Part shown: positions 1 through 9,301 of the stretch, piece by piece
How positions within the stretch are numbered: position 1 is the stretch's first letter
How the letters are laid out: each line of letters starts with the position of its first letter
Assembly (NCBI GenBank): GCA_965222375.1
Contig: CBDCTZ010000011.1
Location: 32,001-96,000, forward strand
DNA length: 64,000 nucleotides
Origin: Polyangiaceae bacterium
GTDB taxonomy: Bacteria; Myxococcota_A; Polyangia; Polyangiales; Polyangiaceae
Reading direction: 5' to 3'
Program-made: the position numbers and the translations under genes
Notes under the pieces: model-generated
Seen by the model: the letters and a program-made list of their open reading frames with translations, nothing else
Database searches by the model: none
Told to the model about the DNA's origin: nothing

Positions 1-1203
1 GAAGTAGTCCTTCTCGAAGCGCGCCAGGATTTCGCTCTTGGCGTCTCGGAAGCGAGGCTGCTCCGCATTGGGGCGAACACTTGCTCGCACGGAGCTCCCC
101 AAATGACCGACATACATGGAGGGATCGATAGGGCCGCTGTCTTCAGCCATGGCAAGGGCCACTGTGACGGCGCTGCGCAACTCTCGGACGTTGCCGGGCC
201 AGTCATGGCGCATCAGTTTCTCCAAACCCAGTGCGGGAACCCGCCGAAAAGCACGGGCCTGCTCCGCCTCCCGGAACATGTGCTTCACCAGACCTGGGAT
301 GTCCCCAAGGCGCTCTCGTAGCGGGCAGATCTCCACGGTCAGCTGAGCGATTCGGAAAAAGAGATCGCTACGGAAGGAGCCGTCGTTGACGCTGCGGCGC
401 AAGTCTCGTCGAGTAGCGGCCAGGACCCGAACGTCGATGTCGCGGTATTGATTGCCGCCAACGGTCTTCACACGCCGCTCCGCGAGCACCCGCAGCAGCT
501 TGGGTTGTACGTCGATGGGCAGTTCTCCCAACTCGTCCAGGAACAGGGTGCCGCCGTTGGCTTCGACGAAGGGCGACGTGCGGCTCTGAACGGCGCCCGT
601 GAACGCTCCCCGCTCGTGACCGAACAGTGTGGATTCCGCGAGGGTTGGCGGAATGGCGCCGCAATCCACGACGACAAAGGGAGCCTTCGCTCGTGGGCTG
701 GCCTTGTGCAAGGCCTGAGCCACCAACTCCTTGCCAGTGCCTGTCTCGCCTAGGACCAAGACGCTTACGTCGGTCTTGGCGATGCGACGCAGCTGTCCGA
801 AGAGCTTTCGCATTGCCGGTGACGAGCCATGCAGGTCACCGAAGCTCTCATCGGCTGGTAGCTCCAGCCGCGACGGCTTGCGCGGCTCGAAGTGCAGCTC
901 CACGCCGCCCAACCACAGGCTGCAGGGTTGTGTCAGGAATCCCTCGACGAGTCGCGTGTCGTCGACCCAGGTGCCGTTGCGGCTCCCGAGATCCCGCACT
1001 CGCACGCCCTGCTCAGTCGCCGTCAATTCTGCATGCAGCGAGCTGACCTCCTTGTCGCTCAGCACCATGGATGCGCGTTCGTCTCGTCCGACGAGTACGG
1101 GAGCCTCACGGATCTCCACAGCGTCGCCTTCCCCGTCTGCCTTTCGCAGGGTGCCGCCCACCACGAGGGCCCGCTTCGGGATGGCCACAGTGCGATCCAC
1201 CAT
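1..1203 (-). CDS. FHA-domain sigma54-dependent enhancer-binding protein (runs off the window's left edge)
   Basis: Hand translation from ATG 1203: FHA motifs VGR..S..HA..DLGSRNGT; AAA+ GETGTGKE, GAFTGA, LFLDE, WPGNVREL. Confidence 0.92.
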   Translation of the reverse strand, partial: MVDRTVAIPKRALVVGGTLRKADGEGDAVEIREAPVLVGRDERASMVLSDKEVSSLHAELTATEQGVRVRDLGSRNGTWVDDTRLVEGFLTQPCSLWLGGVELHFEPRKPSRLELPADESFGDLHGSSPAMRKLFGQLRRIAKTDVSVLVLGETGTGKELVAQALHKASPRAKAPFVVVDCGAIPPTLAESTLFGHERGAFTGAVQSRTSPFVEANGGTLFLDELGELPIDVQPKLLRVLAERRVKTVGGNQYRDIDVRVLAATRRDLRRSVNDGSFRSDLFFRIAQLTVEICPLRERLGDIPGLVKHMFREAEQARAFRRVPALGLEKLMRHDWPGNVRELRSAVTVALAMAEDSGPIDPSMYVGHLGSSVRASVRPNAEQPRFRDAKSEILARFEKDYF

Positions 1204-1262
1204 CGCGTGGAGCTTAGTGCACAATCGAGGGCTTGCGGGGCCTCAGCATTGCAGGGCGCGGG

Positions 1263-2216
1263 CTATGACTTGATGCGACGCCGCGGAGCCAGCGGAACCG
1301 TCAATTCTGCTTCCGACGTGGAGTCTTCGGCCGGAAAAGCAGAGTCTACGGGTGGAAGCTCCGGTGCTGCCGCCACGAGTGCGCTGAGTTCCGACCAGGC
1401 CGCGCGGGCCTCAACGGCCAAAGGTCGCTGGGTTGGCTGTCGCGAGAGCAGCCGGGCAATCAGGTCTTCTACGGGCTGCGGCCAGGTACGGCCGGTTACC
1501 TCGCTCAGGGTGGGTGGGTCCACCTGCAGCTTGAGTTGCACGAGCTGCATCGCGTTGGTTGTTTCATAGGTTCGCCGGCCTGTGAGAGCGAAGAAGGCAG
1601 TTGCGCCGAAGGCATAGAGGTCGGCGCGCTCCGTTGCCGAACGTGAGTCCGCCATCTGCTCCGGCGGCATGAACGCCAGGGAACCAACAACCATGTTCTG
1701 ACTCGTCAGCGAGTCGCCCCCGTCTTCGTCAGGGCTGGTCAACTTGGACGCACCGAAATCCAGAATCTTCGCCTCTTCCCGCGCGGGACCTGGCGTCAGG
1801 ACGATGTTCGACGGCTTCAAGTCGCGGTGGACAATCCCCAACGCATGGGCGTCCTCGAGACCGCAAAGAACGTCAGCCAGCAGGGGCAGGGATTCGGCAA
1901 AGCTCAAGTGCCCCAAGCGTTTGAGTCGATGCGCAAGGGTCTCACCCGGGAAGTAGTCGAAAACCAAATAGGGTCGACCGCTCTCTTCGCCGAATGCGTG
2001 CAATCTGCAGACGTGAGGGCTGTCCATTCGCTGCAGCAGGCTCGACTCCCTTGCGAAGCGCGCGCGGGCTTTGGGCTGTTTCACCAGCTCTGGGACGAGG
2101 GCTTTTATGGCGAATTGCGTATTGTCCGCAGACTGGCCTAGCCAGACCTCGCCGTAAGAACCTTTGCCGAGCAACTTCAACAGTGTCAGCTCGGCGAATT
2201 GGTCGCCCGATTGCAT
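1263..2216 (-). CDS. Hanks-type Ser/Thr protein kinase
   Basis: GKGSYG, AIK, HRDLKPSN, DFG, FMPPE motifs. Confidence 0.95.
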   Translation of the reverse strand: MQSGDQFAELTLLKLLGKGSYGEVWLGQSADNTQFAIKALVPELVKQPKARARFARESSLLQRMDSPHVCRLHAFGEESGRPYLVFDYFPGETLAHRLKRLGHLSFAESLPLLADVLCGLEDAHALGIVHRDLKPSNIVLTPGPAREEAKILDFGASKLTSPDEDGGDSLTSQNMVVGSLAFMPPEQMADSRSATERADLYAFGATAFFALTGRRTYETTNAMQLVQLKLQVDPPTLSEVTGRTWPQPVEDLIARLLSRQPTQRPLAVEARAAWSELSALVAAAPELPPVDSAFPAEDSTSEAELTVPLAPRRRIKS

Positions 2217-2283
2217 CGGCTACACGATACCACCCCGCGTTGGCCTCATCACTGATTGTGGGAAAGGCGGGCGAGTGCTGACT

Positions 2284-2571
2284 TCATTCCCAATCCAACT
2301 TGGCCGCTGTGACTTCGTCGAATTCAGAGAGTAGTAGCGCCATGAGGTCCCTGAGTACCTGCGGGCCGGCCCCGCCGTACACGCAGACGTACACACCGCT
2401 CTCTTCAATTCGCACGTCCGCGTCGGGCATCTTGCCCGGGTTGGCCTTTGAGCGATAGCTGTACGCACCGAACTGCGATTCGATGCCATCAAATCCGGCG
2501 ATGCTGCGTAGAAGTGAGTCGAGCCTAGTGTCCGAATCTCGCTCGAACTTGATGGTGTATTCGAAGGACAC
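2284..2571 (-). CDS. hypothetical protein
   Basis: GTG at 2571 overlaps the upstream TAG (TAGTG coupling); protein-like composition. Confidence 0.65.
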   Translation of the reverse strand: MSFEYTIKFERDSDTRLDSLLRSIAGFDGIESQFGAYSYRSKANPGKMPDADVRIEESGVYVCVYGGAGPQVLRDLMALLLSEFDEVTAAKLDWE

Positions 2572-2933
2572 TAGTCGGTCGGTTCGACGTCCAGCTCGAG
2601 AGAGAGGAATGGACCGCTCTTGCCCTGACGCTGATAGGCACGAACGGCATAGATCCCCTCGTCTCCGCTGATGTCGCCGGTCCACACGGGTGTGTTTTCC
2701 GCGATCCTACCCTTTGCTGGGTTCAGAGCTCCCTTGAAGGCTTCGGGCGGATAGGCGTTGCTGCCCCGTTCCCTTGGCGGCGCCAGGGAAAGCACCAGCA
2801 GCTTGTCCCGCTTCCACGCCGAGATGGTGTACGGCTTGCCTGCGATGCGGCCCTCGCCCTCCATGTCAGGTTGGCTGGGTTTGCGCTTGTTCTTGTTGTC
2901 GAAGAGCTGCCCCCGATGGCGATCCTTGGACAT
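2571..2933 (-). CDS. hypothetical protein with two DUF736-like (putative ssDNA-binding) repeats
   Basis: Two similar halves GxL..P...G......Y...AW/AY......LSL. Confidence 0.55.
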   Translation of the reverse strand: MSKDRHRGQLFDNKNKRKPSQPDMEGEGRIAGKPYTISAWKRDKLLVLSLAPPRERGSNAYPPEAFKGALNPAKGRIAENTPVWTGDISGDEGIYAVRAYQRQGKSGPFLSLELDVEPTD

Positions 2934-2999
2934 GGGCGGAGTCAAGCACGAGTGGCAGGCGTTCGCCTATGCCAGAAATCGTGAATGTCGCAGCGTTGG

Positions 3000-3578
3000 C
3001 TAGAACATCCAGCCGACGGTCCAATCGAAGCGAATCACCGCGCGGGTCCAAGGTGCCAGACGGCCCTTGGGGTCGAAGTCCGTACGGGAACCGAGGCCGA
3101 AGCTGGGCGTGAGCTCAACCCGGCCGATGGCAAACCGCCAGCCAAGGCCGCCCACCACGGACAGACCGATATTGCCGCCGACCCAGCGATCCCGACGAGT
3201 GTCCGTCATGGACATCCAGCTCATGTCAAACCGCAGCGACGTGTAGGGGCCAATCATGGCGTCGCGGCCCAGGGACTCTGAGCGATTCGTGCCCCAGAGC
3301 CAGTATCGGGGCTCGATGCCCACGGAAGTCACCCAGGACCGGTAGTCACCCCGGCTCGAGGAGCGCGCTCCCAGTCCGAGAGCGAGACTCCAGTGTCGCG
3401 GCACCAGATAGCGCTCGTATTGGATGGCGAGGCCGTGGGACGTCACGGAAAAGGGATGAACGCTCAGCGCGTTTCGAGGGCCCGGTTCGAGAGGCTTTTC
3501 CTCAGAGGCGGCTGCCGCCGCCGCCGGTGTTGCAAGCGCGGAAACCGCAAGGAACGGCAACAGCGAAAGCCCGCGCAT
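3000..3578 (-). CDS. outer-membrane beta-barrel protein (DUF3575-like)
   Basis: Signal peptide, amphipathic strands, C-terminal VGWMF; TGATG coupling to the esterase gene. Confidence 0.7.
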   Translation of the reverse strand: MRGLSLLPFLAVSALATPAAAAAASEEKPLEPGPRNALSVHPFSVTSHGLAIQYERYLVPRHWSLALGLGARSSSRGDYRSWVTSVGIEPRYWLWGTNRSESLGRDAMIGPYTSLRFDMSWMSMTDTRRDRWVGGNIGLSVVGGLGWRFAIGRVELTPSFGLGSRTDFDPKGRLAPWTRAVIRFDWTVGWMF

Positions 3579-4444
3579 CACGGCCATCCCAAGGTGCGGT
3601 CGAGAAAGTCGCTCGTTGCCGCCCATGCTTCGGGGGTCATATCGGCAACCTCCAGATCGATGGCGCCGACATTCTCGTCGGGATTGAGCAAGTGACCGCC
3701 GCCGTTGATGAGCAGCAGTTGGGCGTCGTTTCCGTTCTTGGCCATGCTGTCCCGCATGCGGTCCAAGTCGTCGAAGTCGGCCAGCCAGTCCGCGCCGCCG
3801 GTTATCATGAGCAGAGGTGGCTTGTTCGGCGCCACGTGGTGGATCGGAGAAGCCGTGTCGTAGCGCTCGGGTACTTGGCTCTCGCTGCCACCCAGAAAGT
3901 CCCGTACCCAGGCGTGGCTCTTGCCGTGCAAGTCCTGCGCGCCGGCGGAGCTGATCACGGCGTTCGGAAGTGTCGTGCCGCCCGCATCGCAGTCTGGCAC
4001 ATGCTCGGGCGCGTCCGCGGCCAGGCCAACCAATGATGCCAGGTGACCGCCGGCGGAGTAGCCGGTGACAGCGATTCGATTAGGGTCGATGCCGTATTCA
4101 TCGGCGTTGGCGCGCAAGAAGGCGATTGCGCACACGCAATCCTGAACCGCGCGCGGATACACGCCGGCGGAGCCAAGGCGATAGTTGATGGATACGGCGA
4201 CCCAGCCAGAGCGAGCCATGCGGATGGCCGCTCCTCGGTACGCATTCTTGCTTCCGAAGCGCCATGCCCCTCCGTGAATCATCACGATGGCGGGGCTTCC
4301 TGCCGGTTCGCCGGCAGGAAGGTAGATGTCCATCTTGGTTTGGTTGCCGAAGCGATCGTCGTAGGAAACGTCGAGGATCTCTGCCGGTGCAGAACAGCCG
4401 ACCAGACACGACCCGACTGCGAGAGCACAGAGAAGAGAGCGCAT
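3578..4444 (-). CDS. alpha/beta hydrolase (esterase/lipase) lipoprotein
   Basis: HGGAW oxyanion motif, GYSAGG nucleophile elbow, lipobox LVGC. Confidence 0.92.
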   Translation of the reverse strand: MRSLLCALAVGSCLVGCSAPAEILDVSYDDRFGNQTKMDIYLPAGEPAGSPAIVMIHGGAWRFGSKNAYRGAAIRMARSGWVAVSINYRLGSAGVYPRAVQDCVCAIAFLRANADEYGIDPNRIAVTGYSAGGHLASLVGLAADAPEHVPDCDAGGTTLPNAVISSAGAQDLHGKSHAWVRDFLGGSESQVPERYDTASPIHHVAPNKPPLLMITGGADWLADFDDLDRMRDSMAKNGNDAQLLLINGGGHLLNPDENVGAIDLEVADMTPEAWAATSDFLDRTLGWP

Positions 4445-4457
4445 CGAGCGCTCACGT

Positions 4458-4474
4458 TGCGAGCGGCGTGCCAG
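4458..4474 (-). promoter_or_regulatory. putative sigma54 promoter of the esterase gene
   Basis: CTGGCACGCCGCTCGCA: GG-N10-GC just upstream of ATG 4444. Confidence 0.45.
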
Positions 4475-4582
4475 CCCGCAAACGCCTCACCCATGGCTTT
4501 TCAACCGGAGCTGTCAGCGACAAGCGTTGCGCTATTGCAACAGCGGTTCGCGCTGCGCCATGAATCCCAGTTCACGATCGCT

Positions 4583-5023
4583 TCAGGATTCTGTCCGCTT
4601 TTCCACCACGGCAATGGTCGCCGTCGTCTTGGAAACCAGCTTCCACTCGCCGTCATTTTCGCACTCGATCTCGGACTCGACGACGCTGAAACGTGAACCC
4701 GGCTTGAGCACCTTGGACTTGCACTTCAGGCGCTGTCCCTTGGCGGCCCGCAGCAAGTTGATCTTGAACTCCGCCGTCAGCACGATTTGCCCTGGGCCAA
4801 TCATAGTGGCAGCCGCGCCGCCGGCGGTGTGGTCCGCCATGGTTGCCTGCAGACCCGCGTGCACGAAGCCGTCCTGCTGCAAGTGCCGGGGCTCCAACTC
4901 GAGAGTCGTTTCGCACTCGCCAGAGCTCACACTTGCCAAGCGCATGCCCAAGCTCGCAATGAACGGTGCCGCATTGAAGATCCGCTCGATCTCCTCCCTT
5001 GGCAGTTCATGGAATTTCGGCAC
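4583..5023 (-). CDS. PaaI family thioesterase
   Basis: Hotdog-fold motifs HLQQDGFVHAG..ATMAD, EFKINLLR. Confidence 0.92.
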   Translation of the reverse strand: MPKFHELPREEIERIFNAAPFIASLGMRLASVSSGECETTLELEPRHLQQDGFVHAGLQATMADHTAGGAAATMIGPGQIVLTAEFKINLLRAAKGQRLKCKSKVLKPGSRFSVVESEIECENDGEWKLVSKTTATIAVVEKRTES

Positions 5024-5174
5024 GGTTGTCTCTTTTCGCTGGGCGGGGTGTCTCTCGCCACACCTAAGCGAAATTGTCTCCCGAGGCTAGCCGCGGGTCA
5101 GCTTCTTGTTCAGTGCGGTACCGCCGAGGACCTGCGTTTCGTTTCTGCGTGCGTTGCTGTAGCCTCGCCGCCCG

Positions 5175-6641
5175 ATGGGCAACTCGACGAGCGAAGGGTC
5201 AATCTTCACCATCTACGGCGCGACTGGGGATCTGTCGCGGCGCAAGCTGCTGCCGGCACTATACCGAAACCACGCGGCCGGACAGATCGACCCTCGGGTC
5301 CGCATTCTCGGCGTGTCGAGAGCTGAGCTGGACGACGATGCCTTTCGCAAGCTGGCGGCGGAGGCGCTGAAGGCTGCGAACATCAGCGGCGACGCAGTTG
5401 CGCCGTTTCTCGCTCGTTTGCACTTCCTCTCTTCACCCGCTGGGGACGCCTCCGACTTTCGCAACCTGGCAGACAAGCTGGCGGAGCTCCGGCGAGAGCA
5501 CCACATACCGGAGAACTACTGCTTCTACCTGTCTCTGCCCCCGCGAGTCTTCGCCGCCACCATCGCAGGGCTCGGCGCGGTAGGGCTCAATCTGACCAAC
5601 GATGCGGGCTGGACCCGCATCGTGATTGAAAAGCCCTTCGGCACGGATCTGAAGACTGCTCGAGAACTCAACCAAACGATCCACGAGTATTTCACCGAAG
5701 AGCAGATCTATCGCATCGACCACTACCTCGGGAAAGAGACGGTTCAGAACCTGTTGGTGTTTCGCCTCGCTAACGCGTTCATCGAGTCGTCCTGGAACCG
5801 CGAACGGGTGGAACAGGTCCAGATTATCGTCGGTGAAAGCCTGGGTGTGGGCTCTCGGGCTGGCTACTACGACCACTCGGGAGCGCTACGCGACATGGTG
5901 CAGAACCACATCACGCAGCTCATCTCCCTCGTGGCCATGGAGGTGCCGACGTCCTTCTCGGCAAGCGCCATTCGCTACGAAAAGCTCAAAGTGCTCAAGT
6001 CGATTCAGCCGATCCAACCCCAAAACGTGGTTCGGGGTCGCTATACCGCGGGCATGATCGAAGGGCGGGAGGTCCCGGGCTACCTCGAGGAGGAGGGCGT
6101 GCCCGCAGACTCGCAAACCGAGACCTTCATTGCTCTGAAGATGGGCGTGGACTCCTGGCGCTGGCAAGGCGTGCCGTTCTTCATCCGAACCGGCAAACGC
6201 ATGCCCGTCAAGACCTCGCAGATAGCGGTCCGGTTTCGAGGTGCGCCGGTTCGCTTCTTCGAGCGACTCGGGTGTTCTCAGGACACTGCGGATGTATTGA
6301 CGATTACCTTGCAACCCAACGAAGGCTTTGCGTTCCACTTCGACATCAAGGTGCCCGGTGATCCACTCTGCCTCGAGCGGGTTCCCTTGAAATTCGCCTA
6401 CGGCGATCACTTCCACGGCGCCATGCCCGAGGCCTACCAAACCCTGCTGCTCGACGTGCTCAACGGCGACCAGACGCTTTTCGTTCACGGCGACGAGGTC
6501 GAGGAATCATGGCGCGTGTACGAAGGCCTGCTTCAAGAGCCCCCGCCGGTGCACGACTACGTTGCGGGGACTTGGGGACCGCCCGAAGCGGACGCCCTGG
6601 CCATTCCCGAGAGCGACTTGTGGCAGCTGCGGCATGACTGA
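5175..6641 (+). CDS. zwf: glucose-6-phosphate 1-dehydrogenase
   Basis: GATGDL, EKPFG, RIDHYLGKE, RWQGVPFFIRTGK. Confidence 0.98.
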   Translation: MGNSTSEGSIFTIYGATGDLSRRKLLPALYRNHAAGQIDPRVRILGVSRAELDDDAFRKLAAEALKAANISGDAVAPFLARLHFLSSPAGDASDFRNLADKLAELRREHHIPENYCFYLSLPPRVFAATIAGLGAVGLNLTNDAGWTRIVIEKPFGTDLKTARELNQTIHEYFTEEQIYRIDHYLGKETVQNLLVFRLANAFIESSWNRERVEQVQIIVGESLGVGSRAGYYDHSGALRDMVQNHITQLISLVAMEVPTSFSASAIRYEKLKVLKSIQPIQPQNVVRGRYTAGMIEGREVPGYLEEEGVPADSQTETFIALKMGVDSWRWQGVPFFIRTGKRMPVKTSQIAVRFRGAPVRFFERLGCSQDTADVLTITLQPNEGFAFHFDIKVPGDPLCLERVPLKFAYGDHFHGAMPEAYQTLLLDVLNGDQTLFVHGDEVEESWRVYEGLLQEPPPVHDYVAGTWGPPEADALAIPESDLWQLRHD

Positions 6642-7347
6642 CGTTCTGCTTCCGCAGTTGCTGGTGCTGCCCGCTGATGACTTTGTCGCAGGGGCTGCCG
6701 AGCGCATCGCCGCAGAGCTCACGCGAGCGATTCGGACACGTGGCGAGTGTCGACTCGGGCTCGCCGGCGGTGGCACTCCACGCCCGATCTACGAAGCGCT
6801 CGCGGCGCGCGAAGATGTGGATTGGGGCAAAGTCTGCTTCTTTTTCAGTGACGAGCGCGCCGTGGGCCCCGAGGACGAGCAGAGTAACTTCCGTATGGTC
6901 CGCGACGTATTGTTCGAGCCCGTGGCTGTTGTCCAGAATCGAGTCTTCCGCATCGAAGGCGAACGCCCGCCACCCGAAGCTCGGGAAGCCTACGAAGTCG
7001 CTTTCGGCGAGCAGCCTCTCGATGTGCTGCTACTCGGCATGGGCGGGGATGGACACACGGCGTCGGTTTTCCCCGGAGCCGAGCTCAATCCTGCGTCGAC
7101 TCAGCGAGTCATCGTGACTGAAAGCCCGATTCCGCCTACAGCGCGGCTCTCGCTGTCCCTCCGCGCCATCAACGAAGCCGCTCAGGTCATTCTGCTCGTA
7201 TCCGGTGGGGCGAAAGCCACGCGCCTTGCAGAAGTGCACCGGCAGATGAGCGCCGGAGCGCCGGAACTCCCCGCTGCCCACGTTATCCCGCATAGCCGTC
7301 GCCTGCTCTGGATCGTCGACAGCGATGCGGCTGCGGCACTTCCCTGA
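6634..7347 (+). CDS. pgl: 6-phosphogluconolactonase
   Basis: LAGGGTP, DER, LLGMGGDGHTAS; ATG overlaps the zwf end. Confidence 0.95.
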   Translation: MTDVLLPQLLVLPADDFVAGAAERIAAELTRAIRTRGECRLGLAGGGTPRPIYEALAAREDVDWGKVCFFFSDERAVGPEDEQSNFRMVRDVLFEPVAVVQNRVFRIEGERPPPEAREAYEVAFGEQPLDVLLLGMGGDGHTASVFPGAELNPASTQRVIVTESPIPPTARLSLSLRAINEAAQVILLVSGGAKATRLAEVHRQMSAGAPELPAAHVIPHSRRLLWIVDSDAAAALP

Positions 7348-7361
7348 GATAGAGAGATGAA

Positions 7362-8774
7362 ATGAACGACAAGAAACAGTTCGGAATGATCGGAATGGCG
7401 GTCATGGGTCGCAACCTGGCGTTCAACCTGCTCGATCACGGCACTAGCGTGGCGGCCTACAACCGCGACCCTGCGCTGACGGAAACCGCGGTTACCGAAA
7501 GTGGCGGCAAGCTGTTGGCCACCAAGAGTCTCGAAGAGCTCGTCGCTGCAGTGGAGCGGCCCCGCAAGATCATGATGATGATCAAAGCCGGCAAGCCCGT
7601 GGATAGCGTGCTCGGCCAGCTGCAACCACTTCTCGAACCCGGCGACATCGTGATCGACGGCGGAAACTCGTTTTTCGAAGACACACGCCGGCGTGAGAAG
7701 CTGTACGCGGATGCAGGGCTGAAGTTCTTCGGATCCGGCGTCTCTGGCGGGGAAGACGGCGCGCGTCACGGCCCGTCCTTGATGCCGGGGGGCGATCCGA
7801 AGGCATACGCGGAGTTGGAACCGATCTTCCAGGGCATCGCTGCCAAGACGGACTCGGGGCCTTGCGTGGCGCACTGTGGTCCGGACGGTGCGGGGCACTT
7901 CGTGAAGATGGTGCACAACGGCATCGAATACGCCGACATGCAGTTCATCGCGGAGGCCTACGACATCTTGTCTCGCGTCGGCGGACTCAGCCCGGGCGCG
8001 CTGGCGGAGGTGTTCGGCAAATGGAACGAAGGCCCCCTGGAGTCGTTCCTGATCGAGATCACCGCCCAGATCTTCGCCGTCAACGGTGCAGACGGCGCCC
8101 CTCTCGTCGACCAGGTGCTCGACAAGGCGGGCCAGAAGGGAACCGGTCGTTGGACCGCACAAGTGGCTCTGGAGCACGGGGTGCCCATTCCGAGCATCGC
8201 GGCGGCCATCGACGCACGAGTTCAGTCCAGCCGTAAGTCGGAGCGGGTGGCCGCGTCCAAGACGCTCGAGGGTCCCGCCCCGACTCGATACGACGGCGAC
8301 GTCGACGGCCTGGTGCAGCAAGTGCACGACGCTCTCTACGCTGCGAAGATCGCCGCCTATGCCCAAGGTATGGATCTGATTGCCCGAGTTGGGCGCGAGT
8401 ACGACTGGGGCGTGAACCTGGCCGAGATGGCCCGGATCTGGAAGGGCGGCTGCATCATTCGCGCGCGTTTCCTCGACACCATCATGACGGCCTTCAAACA
8501 GGATCCCAATCTGCCGAACTTGATGCTCGACGCGACCCTGCGGGATGGCCTGCAGAGTCGGCAGGTCACCTGGCGCAACGTGGTCGGCCTCGCGCAGCAG
8601 CATGGCATCCCCGTGGGCGGCCTGGCTTCAGGGCTGACCTATTGGGACAGCTACCGCACTGCTGTACTGCCCCAGAACCTCACCCAAGCGCAACGCGACG
8701 CCTTTGGCGCCCACACCTATCAGCGCCGCGACGATCCCGAAGGCCCCTTCGTGCACACAGACTGGCTCGACTGA
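7362..8774 (+). CDS. gndA: NADP-dependent phosphogluconate dehydrogenase
   Basis: GMAVMG, VKMVHNGIEY, QAQRDAFGAHTY. Confidence 0.98.
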   Translation: MNDKKQFGMIGMAVMGRNLAFNLLDHGTSVAAYNRDPALTETAVTESGGKLLATKSLEELVAAVERPRKIMMMIKAGKPVDSVLGQLQPLLEPGDIVIDGGNSFFEDTRRREKLYADAGLKFFGSGVSGGEDGARHGPSLMPGGDPKAYAELEPIFQGIAAKTDSGPCVAHCGPDGAGHFVKMVHNGIEYADMQFIAEAYDILSRVGGLSPGALAEVFGKWNEGPLESFLIEITAQIFAVNGADGAPLVDQVLDKAGQKGTGRWTAQVALEHGVPIPSIAAAIDARVQSSRKSERVAASKTLEGPAPTRYDGDVDGLVQQVHDALYAAKIAAYAQGMDLIARVGREYDWGVNLAEMARIWKGGCIIRARFLDTIMTAFKQDPNLPNLMLDATLRDGLQSRQVTWRNVVGLAQQHGIPVGGLASGLTYWDSYRTAVLPQNLTQAQRDAFGAHTYQRRDDPEGPFVHTDWLD

Positions 8775-8804
8775 GCGCAAGCATCGAGGTCCTGCTATCG
8801 AGCG

Positions 8805-9128
8805 CTAACCCTCTGCGCTCGTCAAGCCGTGGTTCCTCGCGATGGAACCGATCTTGCTCACCAGCACCGGTACCTGACTGAAGGGCAGGTTGAACACGCG
8901 TGCGCACGAGTAGCGTTCGAGGAGGTAGGGCCCGTCGACGACTTCCGGGCCCAGAGCCGCAGCGATGGCAGCCTCGAATTCGGTGAAATCGAACTCGGCC
9001 ATTGCCGGGTGAGATCCCTCGTCTGCGAAGGCTGCAGTGATGTCACCGTACTTCACGCCCGCTTTGCGTCGCTTCGCGGTGGTGTCGTAGTCAGCGCTCC
9101 ACTTCCAAACCACCAGGTTGTAGCTCAC
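8805..9128 (-). CDS. hypothetical protein
   Basis: GTG start, SYNLVVWKW...; protein-like composition. Confidence 0.6.
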   Translation of the reverse strand: MSYNLVVWKWSADYDTTAKRRKAGVKYGDITAAFADEGSHPAMAEFDFTEFEAAIAAALGPEVVDGPYLLERYSCARVFNLPFSQVPVLVSKIGSIARNHGLTSAEG

Positions 9129-9188
9129 CGCTCGTTCTCTAGCATGCTCCCCTTGCTTGGGCCGGCGGCGTAGTGGGGCCCAGAGTGG

Positions 9189-9230
9189 GAGTAGTGGCCC
9201 GGCTGGGCCTGGTGCTCGACCCCAACCCAA
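9189..9230 (-). repeat. dispersed intergenic repeat, copy A
   Basis: Minus strand TTGGGTTGGGGTCG-agcaccaggcccagcc-GGGCCACTACTC. Confidence 0.75.
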
Positions 9231-9301
9231 ACACACACCAGCCAACTAGATGTCTGCCCGCGGATCTCGAACCTCGCGCTCGATTCGTTGGCGTGCTTGG
9301 C

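Noticed and set aside
7182..8603. 473-aa antisense ORF and similar long shadow ORFs (e.g. 55302-56786, 57230-58741)
   Set aside because: They overlap clear genes, have no motifs and are expected in high-GC DNA.
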